Positions 10,195-19,074 of a stretch of DNA of 64,000 nt are shown here, piece by piece. Position 1 is the first letter of the stretch. The number at the start of each line of letters is the position of its first letter. The stretch comes from Candidatus Omnitrophota bacterium (GTDB taxonomy: Bacteria; Omnitrophota; Gorgyraeia; Aquiviventales; Aquiviventaceae), in the NCBI GenBank assembly GCA_023247255.1, contig JAHFGV010000001.1:22464-86463 (forward strand), in the 5' to 3' direction. The translations under genes were made by a program, and so were the position numbers. Under the pieces are notes generated by a model that was given only the letters and a program-made list of their open reading frames with translations, was not told the DNA's origin and did no database searches.

Positions 10195-10962
10195 TCAAAG
10201 ACACAGGCATTGGTCACGTAGCCGTTTGGGATCGTTGGTGAAAAACCCATCGACGCCCCATCGCAGGAGCTGGCGAGCCTGTTTGGGTTCATCGATCGTC
10301 CATGCATGAACTCGGAGTCCGATGGTGTGCGCTTTTTCAATGCGTGTGGGGTTCAGCAAGGAATGAAACGGATGCCATGCCTTGCAACGAAGCCGGACAG
10401 CCTGTCGTAGCGAGGAATCTGGGTAATGACGACAAATCAGCGCCAAGGCAAGACCGGTTCCTTGGAGGCCCTCAAGCAATGCGGGATCAAAAGATGAAAG
10501 AAGCAGACGTTTCTTCAAAGACGCCGATGCGATTATCTGCAGGATTCGATTCAACAAGGCCTTACGCTTCGAGGTCCGTTTCAATTCGAGATTGATTCCC
10601 ATCCAGGATGGCACATAACGAAGTGCTTGCGAGAGTAATAAAATCCTTTGTTTTTTGAATCGCGGATGAAACCAACAGCCCGCGTCCAATTGAGCTAACT
10701 TAGAATAAGGGGTGCGTCCAATGTGCCCTCGGCCGTTGGTGGTCCGCTCCAATCGCTCGTCATGGAAAATAATGAGCTCGCCATCAAAGGTCATCTGAAC
10801 ATCTAATTCCACCATATCGGCTCTGGCTTGTGCAGCGCATCGAATGGCCGCTCGGGTACCTTCAGGAGCGACGGCAGAAGCTCCTCGATGAGCGATAATC
10901 CAAGGAAACGTTTTGGGGCTACGGCCTATGGCCTGGATATCCCAAGTCCGCCATTGCGCCAC
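10195..10962 (-). CDS. Glycerophosphodiester phosphodiesterase (GDPD); start uncertain
   Basis: PWIIAHRGAS...VELDVQMTFDGELIIFHDERLERTTNG GDPD motifs. ORF-track ORF extends to 11223 through a repeat copy and would overlap the upstream DUF62 gene; the in-frame GTG at 10960-10962 lies inside the repeat and is a guess. Confidence 0.75.
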   Translation of the reverse strand: MAQWRTWDIQAIGRSPKTFPWIIAHRGASAVAPEGTRAAIRCAAQARADMVELDVQMTFDGELIIFHDERLERTTNGRGHIGRTPYSKLAQLDAGCWFHPRFKKQRILLLSQALRYVPSWMGINLELKRTSKRKALLNRILQIIASASLKKRLLLSSFDPALLEGLQGTGLALALICRHYPDSSLRQAVRLRCKAWHPFHSLLNPTRIEKAHTIGLRVHAWTIDEPKQARQLLRWGVDGFFTNDPKRLRDQCLCL

Positions 10963-11070
10963 GGCCGAAAGCGGTGGGCGGACACGGCAGTCAGCAGCCA
11001 ATGGGTAGACGGGATGTCGCCCCACGCGAGGCGGAGTTGCCGGTGCCACAGGCTCATCCTGTGGGACCCC
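10951..11070 (+). repeat. REP/MITE-like palindromic element family 1, copy A (single unit)
   Basis: ccattgcgccacggccgaaagc...gggatgtcgccccacgcgaggcg...gtgccacaggctcatcctgtggg; shares 100+ bp with copies at 15268, 19721, 21337(rc), 34262. Confidence 0.85.
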
Positions 11071-11074
11071 CCTT

Positions 11075-11631
11075 TTAGGAGATGCGTGCGACCTTGTCTG
11101 TGCGCTTGGCATACCAGACCTTGGCTGCGGAACCTTCACGAATCGCCAGCTCGATGAATCCGTGCGAACCCACCACAGCAACCAACTTTCTCGCAGGTCC
11201 TTCTGAATATGATGATACCACACTCAAGCGGTTTCGTTTGTATTCAACGGGTTCCATTTCAACACCGCCGATTTCTCGGGGCAAAGCGAAGCTACTAGGG
11301 CTTCCCACTCCGGAATCGACGACACCGACGAAAACGGTTTTGGGTGGGAACCAGCGAAAGGTGTAGGCTAGCGTAAAGGCTCCTGCAAAAATGTCTAGGG
11401 GGGGATTTCATGCGTGATGTCAATCAATCGGGCGGCGGGACAGCGCGAAAGGGTGACTGCCTCGAGGCAGGCAACGTACCCATCTCGCGTCCCAAAGTCA
11501 CTCAGCAAAGCGATCAAGGGCTGAGATTTGAACGGGAAGATGGCGGGTTCGGGTAAGCTGCTGTTTTGTGGAGTCCCACGGCCAGAGGCCATGGCCCGAT
11601 GGCGGGGTCGACGCACTCGATGTTCGTCCAA
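11075..11631 (-). pseudogene. SAM hydroxide adenosyltransferase-like (DUF62) gene split by a frameshift at a C7 homopolymer
   Basis: N-terminal ORF 11395-11631 (..LIALLSDFGTRDGYVACLEAV..DITHEIPP*) and C-terminal ORF 11075-11308 (..VAVVGSHGFIELAIREGSAA..). Adding one C to the run at ~11394-11400 joins them as THEIPPLDIFAGAF..VGVVDSGVGS.. Confidence 0.7.
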
Positions 11632-11633
11632 AA

Positions 11634-12005
11634 TTATTCGAACGATTCCGGCGCTGTTTTCTGGGAAAGACGTCGATGGACAAATTGCGCGATGACATTA
11701 CGATCCTTCGCCAGAAGCTCAGTGAAGAAAATGGCTACGTCATAACTGCCATGTTCGAGGGAAGTCATCCGAGATTCCACGCGCACGACGACTCCAATAC
11801 AACGGATGCTGGCCGAGTGACTATTCAAAGACAACCCAAACTGGATCGTCAGTTTGGACATGGGTGCAATGAACTTATCAACCATACAACAGACTCCCGA
11901 GGTGCTCAGGTTGTGCATCTTCGCCGTGAAATCGGCATTGGCATCGCTCAAGACAATCGATGTCTGTCCGCTTACTCGGGGACTGCTCCGTCGCTCTGGA
12001 GTCAT
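11634..12005 (-). CDS. PilZ domain protein (c-di-GMP binding); start probably MTPERR
   Basis: RRSSPR (RxxxR) and NLSTSGV (D/NxSxxG) PilZ motifs; start at 12005 avoids overlap with the HIT gene. Confidence 0.6.
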   Translation of the reverse strand: MTPERRSSPRVSGQTSIVLSDANADFTAKMHNLSTSGVCCMVDKFIAPMSKLTIQFGLSLNSHSASIRCIGVVVRVESRMTSLEHGSYDVAIFFTELLAKDRNVIAQFVHRRLSQKTAPESFE

Positions 12006-12043
12006 TCTGGGCACATTTTGTTGAGTTTTAAAACCAGGCACAT

Positions 12044-12394
12044 TCAACCCGGCGGCCATAACATTTTTCTTCCCCCAAGCAAGTGGACATGGAAGTGATC
12101 GACGCTCTGTCCTGCCTGAAGGCCACAATTTACCACCAAACGGTATCCCGTTTGACTGAGTTGGTGTTCTTTGGCAATGCGATTCGCCATGTGAATGGCG
12201 TTGCCGATTAAAAGGGTATGGCGCTCTGTCAACTGAGCGACGCTCGGAATATGCTCAATCGGAATGATCAACATATGTGTAGGGGCTTGAGGATGGATGT
12301 CTTTAAAAGCGAGCAGACCATCAGCCTCTTCCACGATATCAGCTTTTAGCTGCCGATTCGCGATTCGGCAAAAGAGACAGTCGTTGTCCATCAA
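12044..12394 (-). CDS. HIT family (histidine triad) protein
   Basis: CLFCRI...HFHVHLLGG histidine triad. Confidence 0.9.
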   Translation of the reverse strand: MMDNDCLFCRIANRQLKADIVEEADGLLAFKDIHPQAPTHMLIIPIEHIPSVAQLTERHTLLIGNAIHMANRIAKEHQLSQTGYRLVVNCGLQAGQSVDHFHVHLLGGRKMLWPPG

Positions 12395-12578
12395 TGGGGT
12401 TAGACTGACGGCTACTGGGCTGGAGCTTGAGAGGCACTTGCCTCAGCGCCTTTCTCTTTGGCTGTCTTCCATGCCCGTTTGTTGTAAAAGTATTTTCCAT
12501 CACGATAATACCAGGACTTGCGACGCAATCGTTTTCCAGACTGTGCACAAGTAGCGGATCGATTATGAGCGGCCATCG

Positions 12579-13286
12579 TTAGCCATCCTCCTTCGTCAGT
12601 TTTCTGGGTAGGTCACCCAATGGACAGTGATCGCAGTCAGGGTTCTTCCGTTGGCAGTAACGCTTTCCCACTGCGACTAGCAAGGCGTGGAACTCATTAT
12701 AAAGCGATACGCTGTGTGTCCACCCCGACATTGCGCCACGGCCGAAAGCCTTCATTACGAGCCGTTGAATGGTTTCATAAGTGGCGGTGCCGTCGATGAC
12801 TCCATGCCGACGAAACACTCTTCGAGTGTAGGCATCGACGGCAAATACCGGTTGCTGGCCAGCGTACAGGAGTATACAATCCGCCGTTTCAGGACCAATT
12901 CCCCGCAGGGCTAGAAGCTCCTGGCGCAAGATCTGCCACGGTCTTTGGAACATCCGTGACGGACGTCCCCCATAACGGTGGATATACCACTGAGTAAACG
13001 CGCGCAATCGTTGAGTCTTTTGACGGAAATATCCCGCCGGCCGAATCAGTCGTTGGAGCCTGAGAATCGGCAATCTTAACAATCCTTCAGCAGACAATGC
13101 CTGAGCTTGTTTCAACTGACTGATCGCCCGTTGGACATTACGCCAGTTCGTCGCCTGCGTCAGGATGGCACCAACCATCATTTCAAAAGGGCTCTTGGCT
13201 GGCCACCAGTGTTGAGGCCCAAAGGCTTTTGCGAGTCGCTGATAAATGACGGATACCGATACTGCTTTCCGGTTTTGGCTCGGCAT
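12579..13286 (-). CDS. HhH-GPD / endonuclease III-related DNA glycosylase with 4Fe-4S cluster loop
   Basis: LRGIGPETADCILLYA HhH-GPD; C-x6-C-x2-C-x5-C (CQRKNPDCDHCPLGD). Confidence 0.8.
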   Translation of the reverse strand: MPSQNRKAVSVSVIYQRLAKAFGPQHWWPAKSPFEMMVGAILTQATNWRNVQRAISQLKQAQALSAEGLLRLPILRLQRLIRPAGYFRQKTQRLRAFTQWYIHRYGGRPSRMFQRPWQILRQELLALRGIGPETADCILLYAGQQPVFAVDAYTRRVFRRHGVIDGTATYETIQRLVMKAFGRGAMSGWTHSVSLYNEFHALLVAVGKRYCQRKNPDCDHCPLGDLPRKLTKEDG

Positions 13287-13362
13287 TTCTAACGGTTCAA
13301 TGAGAGCACAAGGCCTTCTCTACTGCACTGCCATGCATGATCGGTTTAGTTTGTTCGCTTTC

Positions 13363-13461
13363 TCAAAGGCTCAAAAACCAATGGTAAGCAAGCGCTAAGG
13401 ACAGCCCGATGGTCAGACCAAGCAAAAGATCCGTGATCCGAGGATTAAAGATGGGAAACAC
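13363..13461 (-). CDS. Putative 32-aa hydrophobic mini-protein (GTG start)
   Basis: AGGAGAAG RBS then GTG; VFPIFNPRITDLLLGLTIGLSLALAYHWFLSL; below ORF-track size cutoff. Confidence 0.3.
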   Translation of the reverse strand: MFPIFNPRITDLLLGLTIGLSLALAYHWFLSL

Positions 13462-13555
13462 GATACTTCTCCTAATGATGATGCGTTGATACAGGGTATG
13501 CACTCAGAGAGATTAGTGTAGCGAATCTCATCGACGAGGGTCAAGTAGAATTTAT

Positions 13556-13589
13556 CGAAAAAAGAGGCTGCCCTTGCGCCTGGGCAGCC
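13556..13589 (-). terminator. Rho-independent terminator downstream of the 51-aa membrane protein gene
   Basis: ggctgccc-ttgcgcct-gggcagcc hairpin followed by U6 on the minus-strand transcript. Confidence 0.6.
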
Positions 13590-13617
13590 CCTGTGCGTTA
13601 ATTGCCTGTTCCTGGGA

Positions 13618-13773
13618 TTAAGTAATCACTTTGAAGTAACGCAACCCAAGAACGATCGAGAGCACAACGAGCACGAGTTGATATTGAGCAAGGGGATGAT
13701 AGAGCCCGATCAATCCCCCTAGTACAATGCCTGTGAAGATATCCACCATACGTTCGTGTTTTAATCCCTTCAT
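13618..13773 (-). CDS. Small hypothetical membrane protein (51 aa)
   Basis: Strong RBS AGGAGGTG 9 nt before ATG; MKGLKHERMVDIFTGIVLGGLIGLYHPLAQYQLVLVVLSIVLGLRYFKVIT; followed by terminator. Confidence 0.5.
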   Translation of the reverse strand: MKGLKHERMVDIFTGIVLGGLIGLYHPLAQYQLVLVVLSIVLGLRYFKVIT

Positions 13774-14107
13774 GGTCTCAATCACCTCCTTCTTGTAGAC
13801 TTTTGTCTAGATCTAAAACCCCGTTCATCCTCCTAGTGAACGGTTGACAGCCAGAATAACTATACCACAGTCTAGTTATTTTTTCAAATATTACTTAAAA
13901 TATGATTAATATACAGACATATGTTGCCTTATTTTAACCCTGATGACCCAGAGTCTGACGGAGTCAAGACTGCGCCTAGTACTGTGTCATGGTCGATGTG
14001 TCATGAGTCATGGAAAGCAAAAGGAGCACTTTGGCCATGCTTGAGATGGCTGTTTATTTTCTGCTTTTTCATGACACATGACACAATATCGACAAGAGGC
14101 GGACGAG

Positions 14108-15195
14108 TCAGGGCCATCGCATCTAAATTTGTAGGAGGATCTGCGCAAGGTGGTCCGTATCACAGGCGGCACGCAGACGTCTGACCTTGATGCCGTCTTT
14201 GCGTGAGGTTTCGCGCTTCAGGAGATTGAGAGCCACACGCCGCAGGAGAGCGAGATTTTCTGGGACATGCTGTTTGCGGACCCGAGAGAGATTCTCACCG
14301 AAGCACACATCGAAGGTCCAGTGCAGAGCGTTTTCGATGGACCAGTGTGCACGCACCGCTTCGGCAAAGCGCGGCAGCTCAGTCTCTGGCAAGCTCAAGA
14401 GGTAGTAACGTCGTTGGGTCTGAGTAGAGCCGTTAGCCGTCTGTTGAGCTTCGACCATGTCGTGACCCAATCATCGAGGCAGGTGCGGACTTCCTCAAAG
14501 GCCGTTTCGTGATTGCCTTTGAGTGCCAGGACATAGTCGGCCTTCGCCGTGGTGATATCCTGGGCGATCGATTTTTGGGTCCCCAGCGCATCGATGGTGA
14601 CAATACATCCTGCCAGATCGAGCAGTTGCAGCAAGTGCGGGATGGCAGTGATCTCGTTGGAGTGCTCGGCACTCTTCATCTGGCCCAGGACCACTCGATT
14701 CTTGAAGGCCCAGGCACTCACCAGGTGCGGTGCTCTCCAGCTGCGCGATCGAACGAACGCCGCAGCGTCTTGCCATCGATGGCCACCCCGTCGCCATCGG
14801 TAGCACTGCTGATGTATCGAATCCAATAGAGGCAGCACTGTTGAAATGCGCGGGGATCCAGTAAAGCAAAGACGCTGCCAAAGGTATCCTGTGAGGGAAT
14901 CCCGTTGGGCAACTTGAGGAGCCCTCGAAGCCAGGCCTCCTTGGCCTTGCCGAATTCCTCCACCTCCACCCAAGAATCGGCTCCGCAGATTATGGCGCAG
15001 AGCGCGATCACAATAATCTCCAACAGGTCATGGCGTTTGGTACGGTCAATCCTCGGGTCTTTCAATGATTGAGAAGTGATGGAAGATATCCGCTGGAGAG
15101 CGCTGGAGCATCGCACCTGCTCTCTGGTCTGTCATCGCAAAGAAGCTATTATCGCAACTCCTTTTCGCTAGAGAAAGTTAAGATGCGATGGCCTT
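14108..15195 (-). mobile_element. ISAs1-family insertion sequence (degenerate), flanked by 10-bp direct repeat GGCGGACGAG
   Basis: Terminal inverted repeats gggccatcgcatctaaa (14111-) and ttaagatgcgatggcc (-15193); identical 10-mer GGCGGACGAG at 14098-14107 and 15196-15205 (target-site duplication). Confidence 0.75.
14123..15116 (-). pseudogene. ISAs1-family transposase split into three frames
   Basis: ORFs 14718-15116 (DPRIDRTKRHDLLEIIVIALCAIICGADSW), 14395-14973 (ITAIPHLLQLLDLAGCIVTIDALGTQKSIAQDI) and 14123-14470 (HWSIENALHWTFDVCFGENLS) together match one ISAs1-type DDE transposase. Confidence 0.8.
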
Positions 15196-15267
15196 GGCGG
15201 ACGAGTTACATTTGCTTGACAGGACTTGGTGATGCGCTACAATGTTGATAATTTTCCTCACTCACTG

Positions 15268-15400
15268 CACCCCGCCGTCGGGCACAGGCCTTAGGCCATG
15301 AGCCCAGTTGGCTGGATTCAACGAGCCGGGGGGTGGGATGTCGCCCCACGCGGGGCGTGTTCTTGGATGTCACGGGCTTACCCGTGGGGCTCCACAAAAC
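15268..15400 (+). repeat. REP/MITE-like element family 1, copy C (unit type 2), ends at exeA ATG
   Basis: ccccgccgtcggg...gcccagttgg...gggtgggatgtcgccccacgcgg...cacgggcttacccgtggggctccacaaaac. Confidence 0.8.
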
Positions 15401-16219
15401 ATGTATCTTGACTTCCTAGGCTTGAAGGAAAAACCCTTCACCATTACGGCCGACCCCGCGTTTGTCTTTCTTTCCAAAAAACACCGCGAAGCCCTCTCCC
15501 ACATGATCTATGGTATTCGGGAACGAAAAGGATTTGTCGAGATTACGGGGGAGGTCGGGACCGGTAAAACGACTCTCTGCAAGATGTTGTTGCGCCAACT
15601 GGAGCCAACTACAAAAACTGCTTTGATCCTTCATTCCAACCTTTCGGAGCTCCAGTTGCTCCAAACCATCGTTCAGGATTTTGGTCTGAATCCGATGCGT
15701 CCGACTCGTGTGAATCTCTTTAACCAATTAAACCAATTTCTGTTGGAACAAGCGGCTGTAGGACACAATATCGTTCTTGTCTTAGACGAGGCACAGAATC
15801 TTAGCCTCAGGCTTCTCGAGCAGATTCGGATGCTTTCCAATTTTGAAACCGATAAAGAAAAATTAATCCAGGTAATCCTGGTAGGCCAACCGCAATTGCG
15901 AGCAAAACTTGCCCAACCGGCCTTGGAACAGCTCCGTCAACGAATTGGGGTGCGCTATCATATCACCCCTTTAGACTTGGATGAGGTGGCTACCTACATT
16001 GGCCATCGTCTTAAAATTGCTGGGTCCAATGGTTCTCTGGATTGGACGTCGGAAAGTATCGATGAGGTGTACCGTTGCTCTAAGGGAATTCCGCGATTGA
16101 TCAATCTGATCTGCGACCGCACGCTGCTTGCCTGTTATGTATTTCGAGTCAAGCGAGTGGATCGGGAACTGGTCAAACGCAGTTACCAAGAATTAGAGGG
16201 AAGGGTGCTTGAAGGATAG
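15401..16219 (+). CDS. ExeA/GspA-like AAA+ ATPase (T2SS / MSHA MshM-type)
   Basis: MYLDFLGLKEKPFTITADPAFVF..., Walker A GEVGTGKTT, Walker B VLVLDEAQ; the ORF-track start at 15308 lies inside the repeat. Confidence 0.8.
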   Translation: MYLDFLGLKEKPFTITADPAFVFLSKKHREALSHMIYGIRERKGFVEITGEVGTGKTTLCKMLLRQLEPTTKTALILHSNLSELQLLQTIVQDFGLNPMRPTRVNLFNQLNQFLLEQAAVGHNIVLVLDEAQNLSLRLLEQIRMLSNFETDKEKLIQVILVGQPQLRAKLAQPALEQLRQRIGVRYHITPLDLDEVATYIGHRLKIAGSNGSLDWTSESIDEVYRCSKGIPRLINLICDRTLLACYVFRVKRVDRELVKRSYQELEGRVLEG

Positions 16220-16270
16220 TGTGACAGAAGCGACCCACGGGCAGGCCCGTGCTCTTAAAAGGAGGATTCC

Positions 16271-16930
16271 ATGAGTTTGATTGAGGAAGCCCTGCGTCGG
16301 TTGCAGGATCCAAATCCCAACGTGCCTCAGACAGAACCCGCAAAGAGCAAAACTCAATCGGTTCCTCATCATGACATCCCCACTCATCCTTCCTGGTCTG
16401 TGAGCTCAACGTCTCTGGGAAGGCTGCCAGATCCTTCAATCTTAAAACCGAGTAGGGTCCCTGTATTTGTGGGAGGACTTATCCTAGCATCGATGTTAGT
16501 GTTGCTCATTGCGGGGGCTTTCTGGATAGGGCGGGTATTGGGGCAGCAGCACTCGCAAGGCAATGCACCACAAGCAGAAACTACACTCATGGCGATTTCC
16601 CCTTCCGTAGGTGCGACACAACCGGCCTTAACGCTGGATGGTAAACGGGAACAAGCAAAGGCGCTGGAAGATCCGGCTAAAGGAAGTTCCACCCCTTCCA
16701 TCACCGAGCGTCCCTTTCGGATGAGCACGTCGTCACGTAAGGCTTCAGACCGTTCTTGGATTCTAAATGGCGTGATGGAAGGTCGGGGGCAACCTTATGC
16801 GATGATTAATGGGACGATTTTGGGTATCGGAGATCGTATTGGGGATGCAACTCTACTGAATATTGCGGATGGTTCAGTGATTTTGCGGGAAGACAATGGA
16901 GGGGAAACTACCCTAAAGGTTACTCCATAA
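16271..16930 (+). CDS. GspB/ExeB-like protein
   Basis: Cytoplasmic N-terminus, single TM (VFVGGLILASMLVLLIAGAFWI), S/T/P-rich linker, conserved C-terminal GspB-type domain (INGTILGIGDRIGDATLLNIADGSVILREDNGGETTLKV). Confidence 0.6.
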   Translation: MSLIEEALRRLQDPNPNVPQTEPAKSKTQSVPHHDIPTHPSWSVSSTSLGRLPDPSILKPSRVPVFVGGLILASMLVLLIAGAFWIGRVLGQQHSQGNAPQAETTLMAISPSVGATQPALTLDGKREQAKALEDPAKGSSTPSITERPFRMSTSSRKASDRSWILNGVMEGRGQPYAMINGTILGIGDRIGDATLLNIADGSVILREDNGGETTLKVTP

Positions 16931-16964
16931 CTCCTCAAATTATGGGAGATGAATTTTATAAATT

Positions 16965-18086
16965 CTATTTCCTTCCGCGCATCTTTCCTGTCCTGAGATA
17001 GTTAGCCAGAACCCTTCGGACGACTTTATCAGGGACATTCTCTGTCACCACTACTTTACCGATGCGAGTTGGCAAGACCCACCGAGGCCGTCCATGAATG
17101 AATTTTTTATCATACTCCAGCGCCTGAAGCACGCAGCGATGATCGACATTTTCGGCGACGGTGGGTAGGCCAGCGCGGCGGATGAGTTGAGCCAGGCGTT
17201 GAAAGTCCGATTCGGGGAGAAGTTTCAATTGGACACTGATGTGTGCCGCTGCACACATCCCTATGGCAATGGCTTCTCCGTGCGTCCACCGACGGTAATG
17301 GGTAGCAGCTTCCAAGGCATGTCCCAAGGTATGGCCGAAGTTGAGGTGGGCACGCAGATCCGATACCTCTCGTTCATCCCGTGAAACCACTTGGGCTTTG
17401 ATCGCGCATGAACGCGCCACCATGAACTGGAGAGCTTGGGCCTGAAGCGAAAGGCACTCTTCGAGGTGCTTTTCTAGGAAAGAAAACAAGCGGGGATCTG
17501 CAATCACCCCGTATTTGATGATTTCGGCGAGGCCCGACTGACGTTGACGCCAAGGCAGGCTCTGAAGGATACCGAGGTGGTTGTACACAAGGCGCGGTTG
17601 ATAGAAACAACCCACCAGGTTTTTGGCAAAAGGAAGATCCACCCCGACCTTTCCACCGATTGCTGAGTCCACCTGAGCCAGAAGCGTCGTAGGCAGTTGG
17701 ACGTAAGGAATTCCTCGACGAAATACCGCAGCCACAAATCCTGCCAGATCGCCGATAACCCCTCCCCCGAAAGCAAAAAGCACCGGAACGTGCATCCGGG
17801 CTTGATGGGAAAGCGCTTCGGTCAACCGCCGCGCCATAGCCAAAGATTTGGAAGACTCCGATTCAGGGACACAGAGGCTGTGGAGGGTCCATCCGTTGTC
17901 CTGAAGAGGGCCAAGCAATGCTCGTGCGTAGCGTCGAAGCAGTCGAGGATGTGACACTACCCATCCTTGTTTGGAAAGCGACAAGGATGACAGTTGTGTC
18001 GGCAGTTGCTTATAAGAATCCGAGATGAAAATTGGATACGAGCGCAACCCCAAGGATACAACGATGGGCTTTGCCACTAGGGACAT
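16965..18086 (-). CDS. aroB: 3-dehydroquinate synthase
   Basis: GGGVIGDLAGFVAA, TTLLAQVDSAIGGKVGVD, NFGHTLGHALE. Confidence 0.95.
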   Translation of the reverse strand: MSLVAKPIVVSLGLRSYPIFISDSYKQLPTQLSSLSLSKQGWVVSHPRLLRRYARALLGPLQDNGWTLHSLCVPESESSKSLAMARRLTEALSHQARMHVPVLFAFGGGVIGDLAGFVAAVFRRGIPYVQLPTTLLAQVDSAIGGKVGVDLPFAKNLVGCFYQPRLVYNHLGILQSLPWRQRQSGLAEIIKYGVIADPRLFSFLEKHLEECLSLQAQALQFMVARSCAIKAQVVSRDEREVSDLRAHLNFGHTLGHALEAATHYRRWTHGEAIAIGMCAAAHISVQLKLLPESDFQRLAQLIRRAGLPTVAENVDHRCVLQALEYDKKFIHGRPRWVLPTRIGKVVVTENVPDKVVRRVLANYLRTGKMRGRK

Positions 18087-18090
18087 CGAG

Positions 18091-18789
18091 TTATGAGATC
18101 TTCGCTTCAGCGAGCAAGTAACGGGGAATCGTGATGGAATCCACCTGCAACTTTCCCGTGTGTGCTGGCCCTTGTTGGATCAGGCAGCCTTTTTTAGGTA
18201 AACCAAAGGTAACGGTCAGATTCGCGTTGACCGCGCATCCCTGCGGGAGGCCTGTGTCTGCGTTGAGTCCGGATGGGATGTCTACCGCGACGATAGGTTT
18301 GCCTGAACGGTTCATCCGATGGATGAGACTGGTGATGGGTTCCCGGACGTTTCCCCGGACACCAATGCCCAACAAGGCGTCGACGATAAGACTGCAGGTG
18401 TTCCAGACATCTTCCAGGTTGCTGAGAGCCTCAAGGGAGGGACATTCCAGAAGCGATAGGCCGAGCTGTCTAAGAATGTAGGCGTATATAGCAGGCTCCT
18501 CTCGCAATTGCCCGATCTTTCCAAGGATAGCGATTCGTAAATCATATCCCCAATTATGCAGATGACGCGCTGCAGCTAAGCCGTCCCCTCCGTTATATCC
18601 TGTCCCGCAACAGATGAAAAGGGACTGGTCAGATACGGACGGATCTTCAGAACGTGGGGATAAATCGACAACAGCCTTGGCGATCGCTAAGCCCGCATGC
18701 TCCATCAGCAAAAGTCGAGGAATACCTAGATTTTCGATAGCCGCCTGGTCGATCTTTTGCATCTGCTCGACTGAGATGGCTGCTACCAT
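18091..18789 (-). CDS. nnr: NAD(P)H-hydrate epimerase (YjeF N-terminal domain)
   Basis: LFICCGTGYNGGDGLAAARHL. Confidence 0.85.
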   Translation of the reverse strand: MVAAISVEQMQKIDQAAIENLGIPRLLLMEHAGLAIAKAVVDLSPRSEDPSVSDQSLFICCGTGYNGGDGLAAARHLHNWGYDLRIAILGKIGQLREEPAIYAYILRQLGLSLLECPSLEALSNLEDVWNTCSLIVDALLGIGVRGNVREPITSLIHRMNRSGKPIVAVDIPSGLNADTGLPQGCAVNANLTVTFGLPKKGCLIQQGPAHTGKLQVDSITIPRYLLAEAKIS

Positions 18790-18919
18790 CGTTAGACGAC
18801 GGATTTCGAAACGTCAATGAGTTTGGAGGAAAAGGGAAAGGTTGTGATCGGCTCTAGCAGGCTGCGGGAAAATACCCATTTGCTTAAAGCTCGTGATACG
18901 GGAAGCGGGGCAAGTTTTT

Positions 18920-19000
18920 AATTTCGGATTTGGGATTGCGAATTGTGGATTGGAAAGAAATCAAAAATCCGAAATCCACAATCGAAAATCGACAATTCCA
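18920..19000 (+). repeat. Palindromic element family 2 (tandem degenerate octamers GGATTGNG x4, spacer, reverse complement x4)
   Basis: aatttcggatttgggattgcgaattgtggattgg...aatccgaaatccacaatcgaaaatcgacaattcc; homologous to 37512-37598 and to a half-copy inside hisF. Confidence 0.7.
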
Positions 19001-19074
19001 AATGCCCCCTGTCTCATGCCCCTTGCCCCACACTAACGCCCAGAGTCGATTTGAATGGAGCACTGGTACGGCCA

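Noticed and set aside
11082-11366. 94-aa plus-strand ORF
   Set aside because: Antisense to the DUF62 gene fragments.
13921-14184. 87-aa plus-strand ORF in the AT-rich spacer
   Set aside because: Overlaps the IS terminal inverted repeat and transposase 3' end, has no RBS, and is probably spurious. Palindromes here (tgtcatg / catgaca) look like operator or IS-end sequence, not coding.
15206-15397. ORF 15206-15397 (-) and the 15308 start of the exeA ORF
   Set aside because: Both fall inside repeat copy C. The ExeA-family N-terminus (MYLDFLGLKEKPF) begins at 15401.
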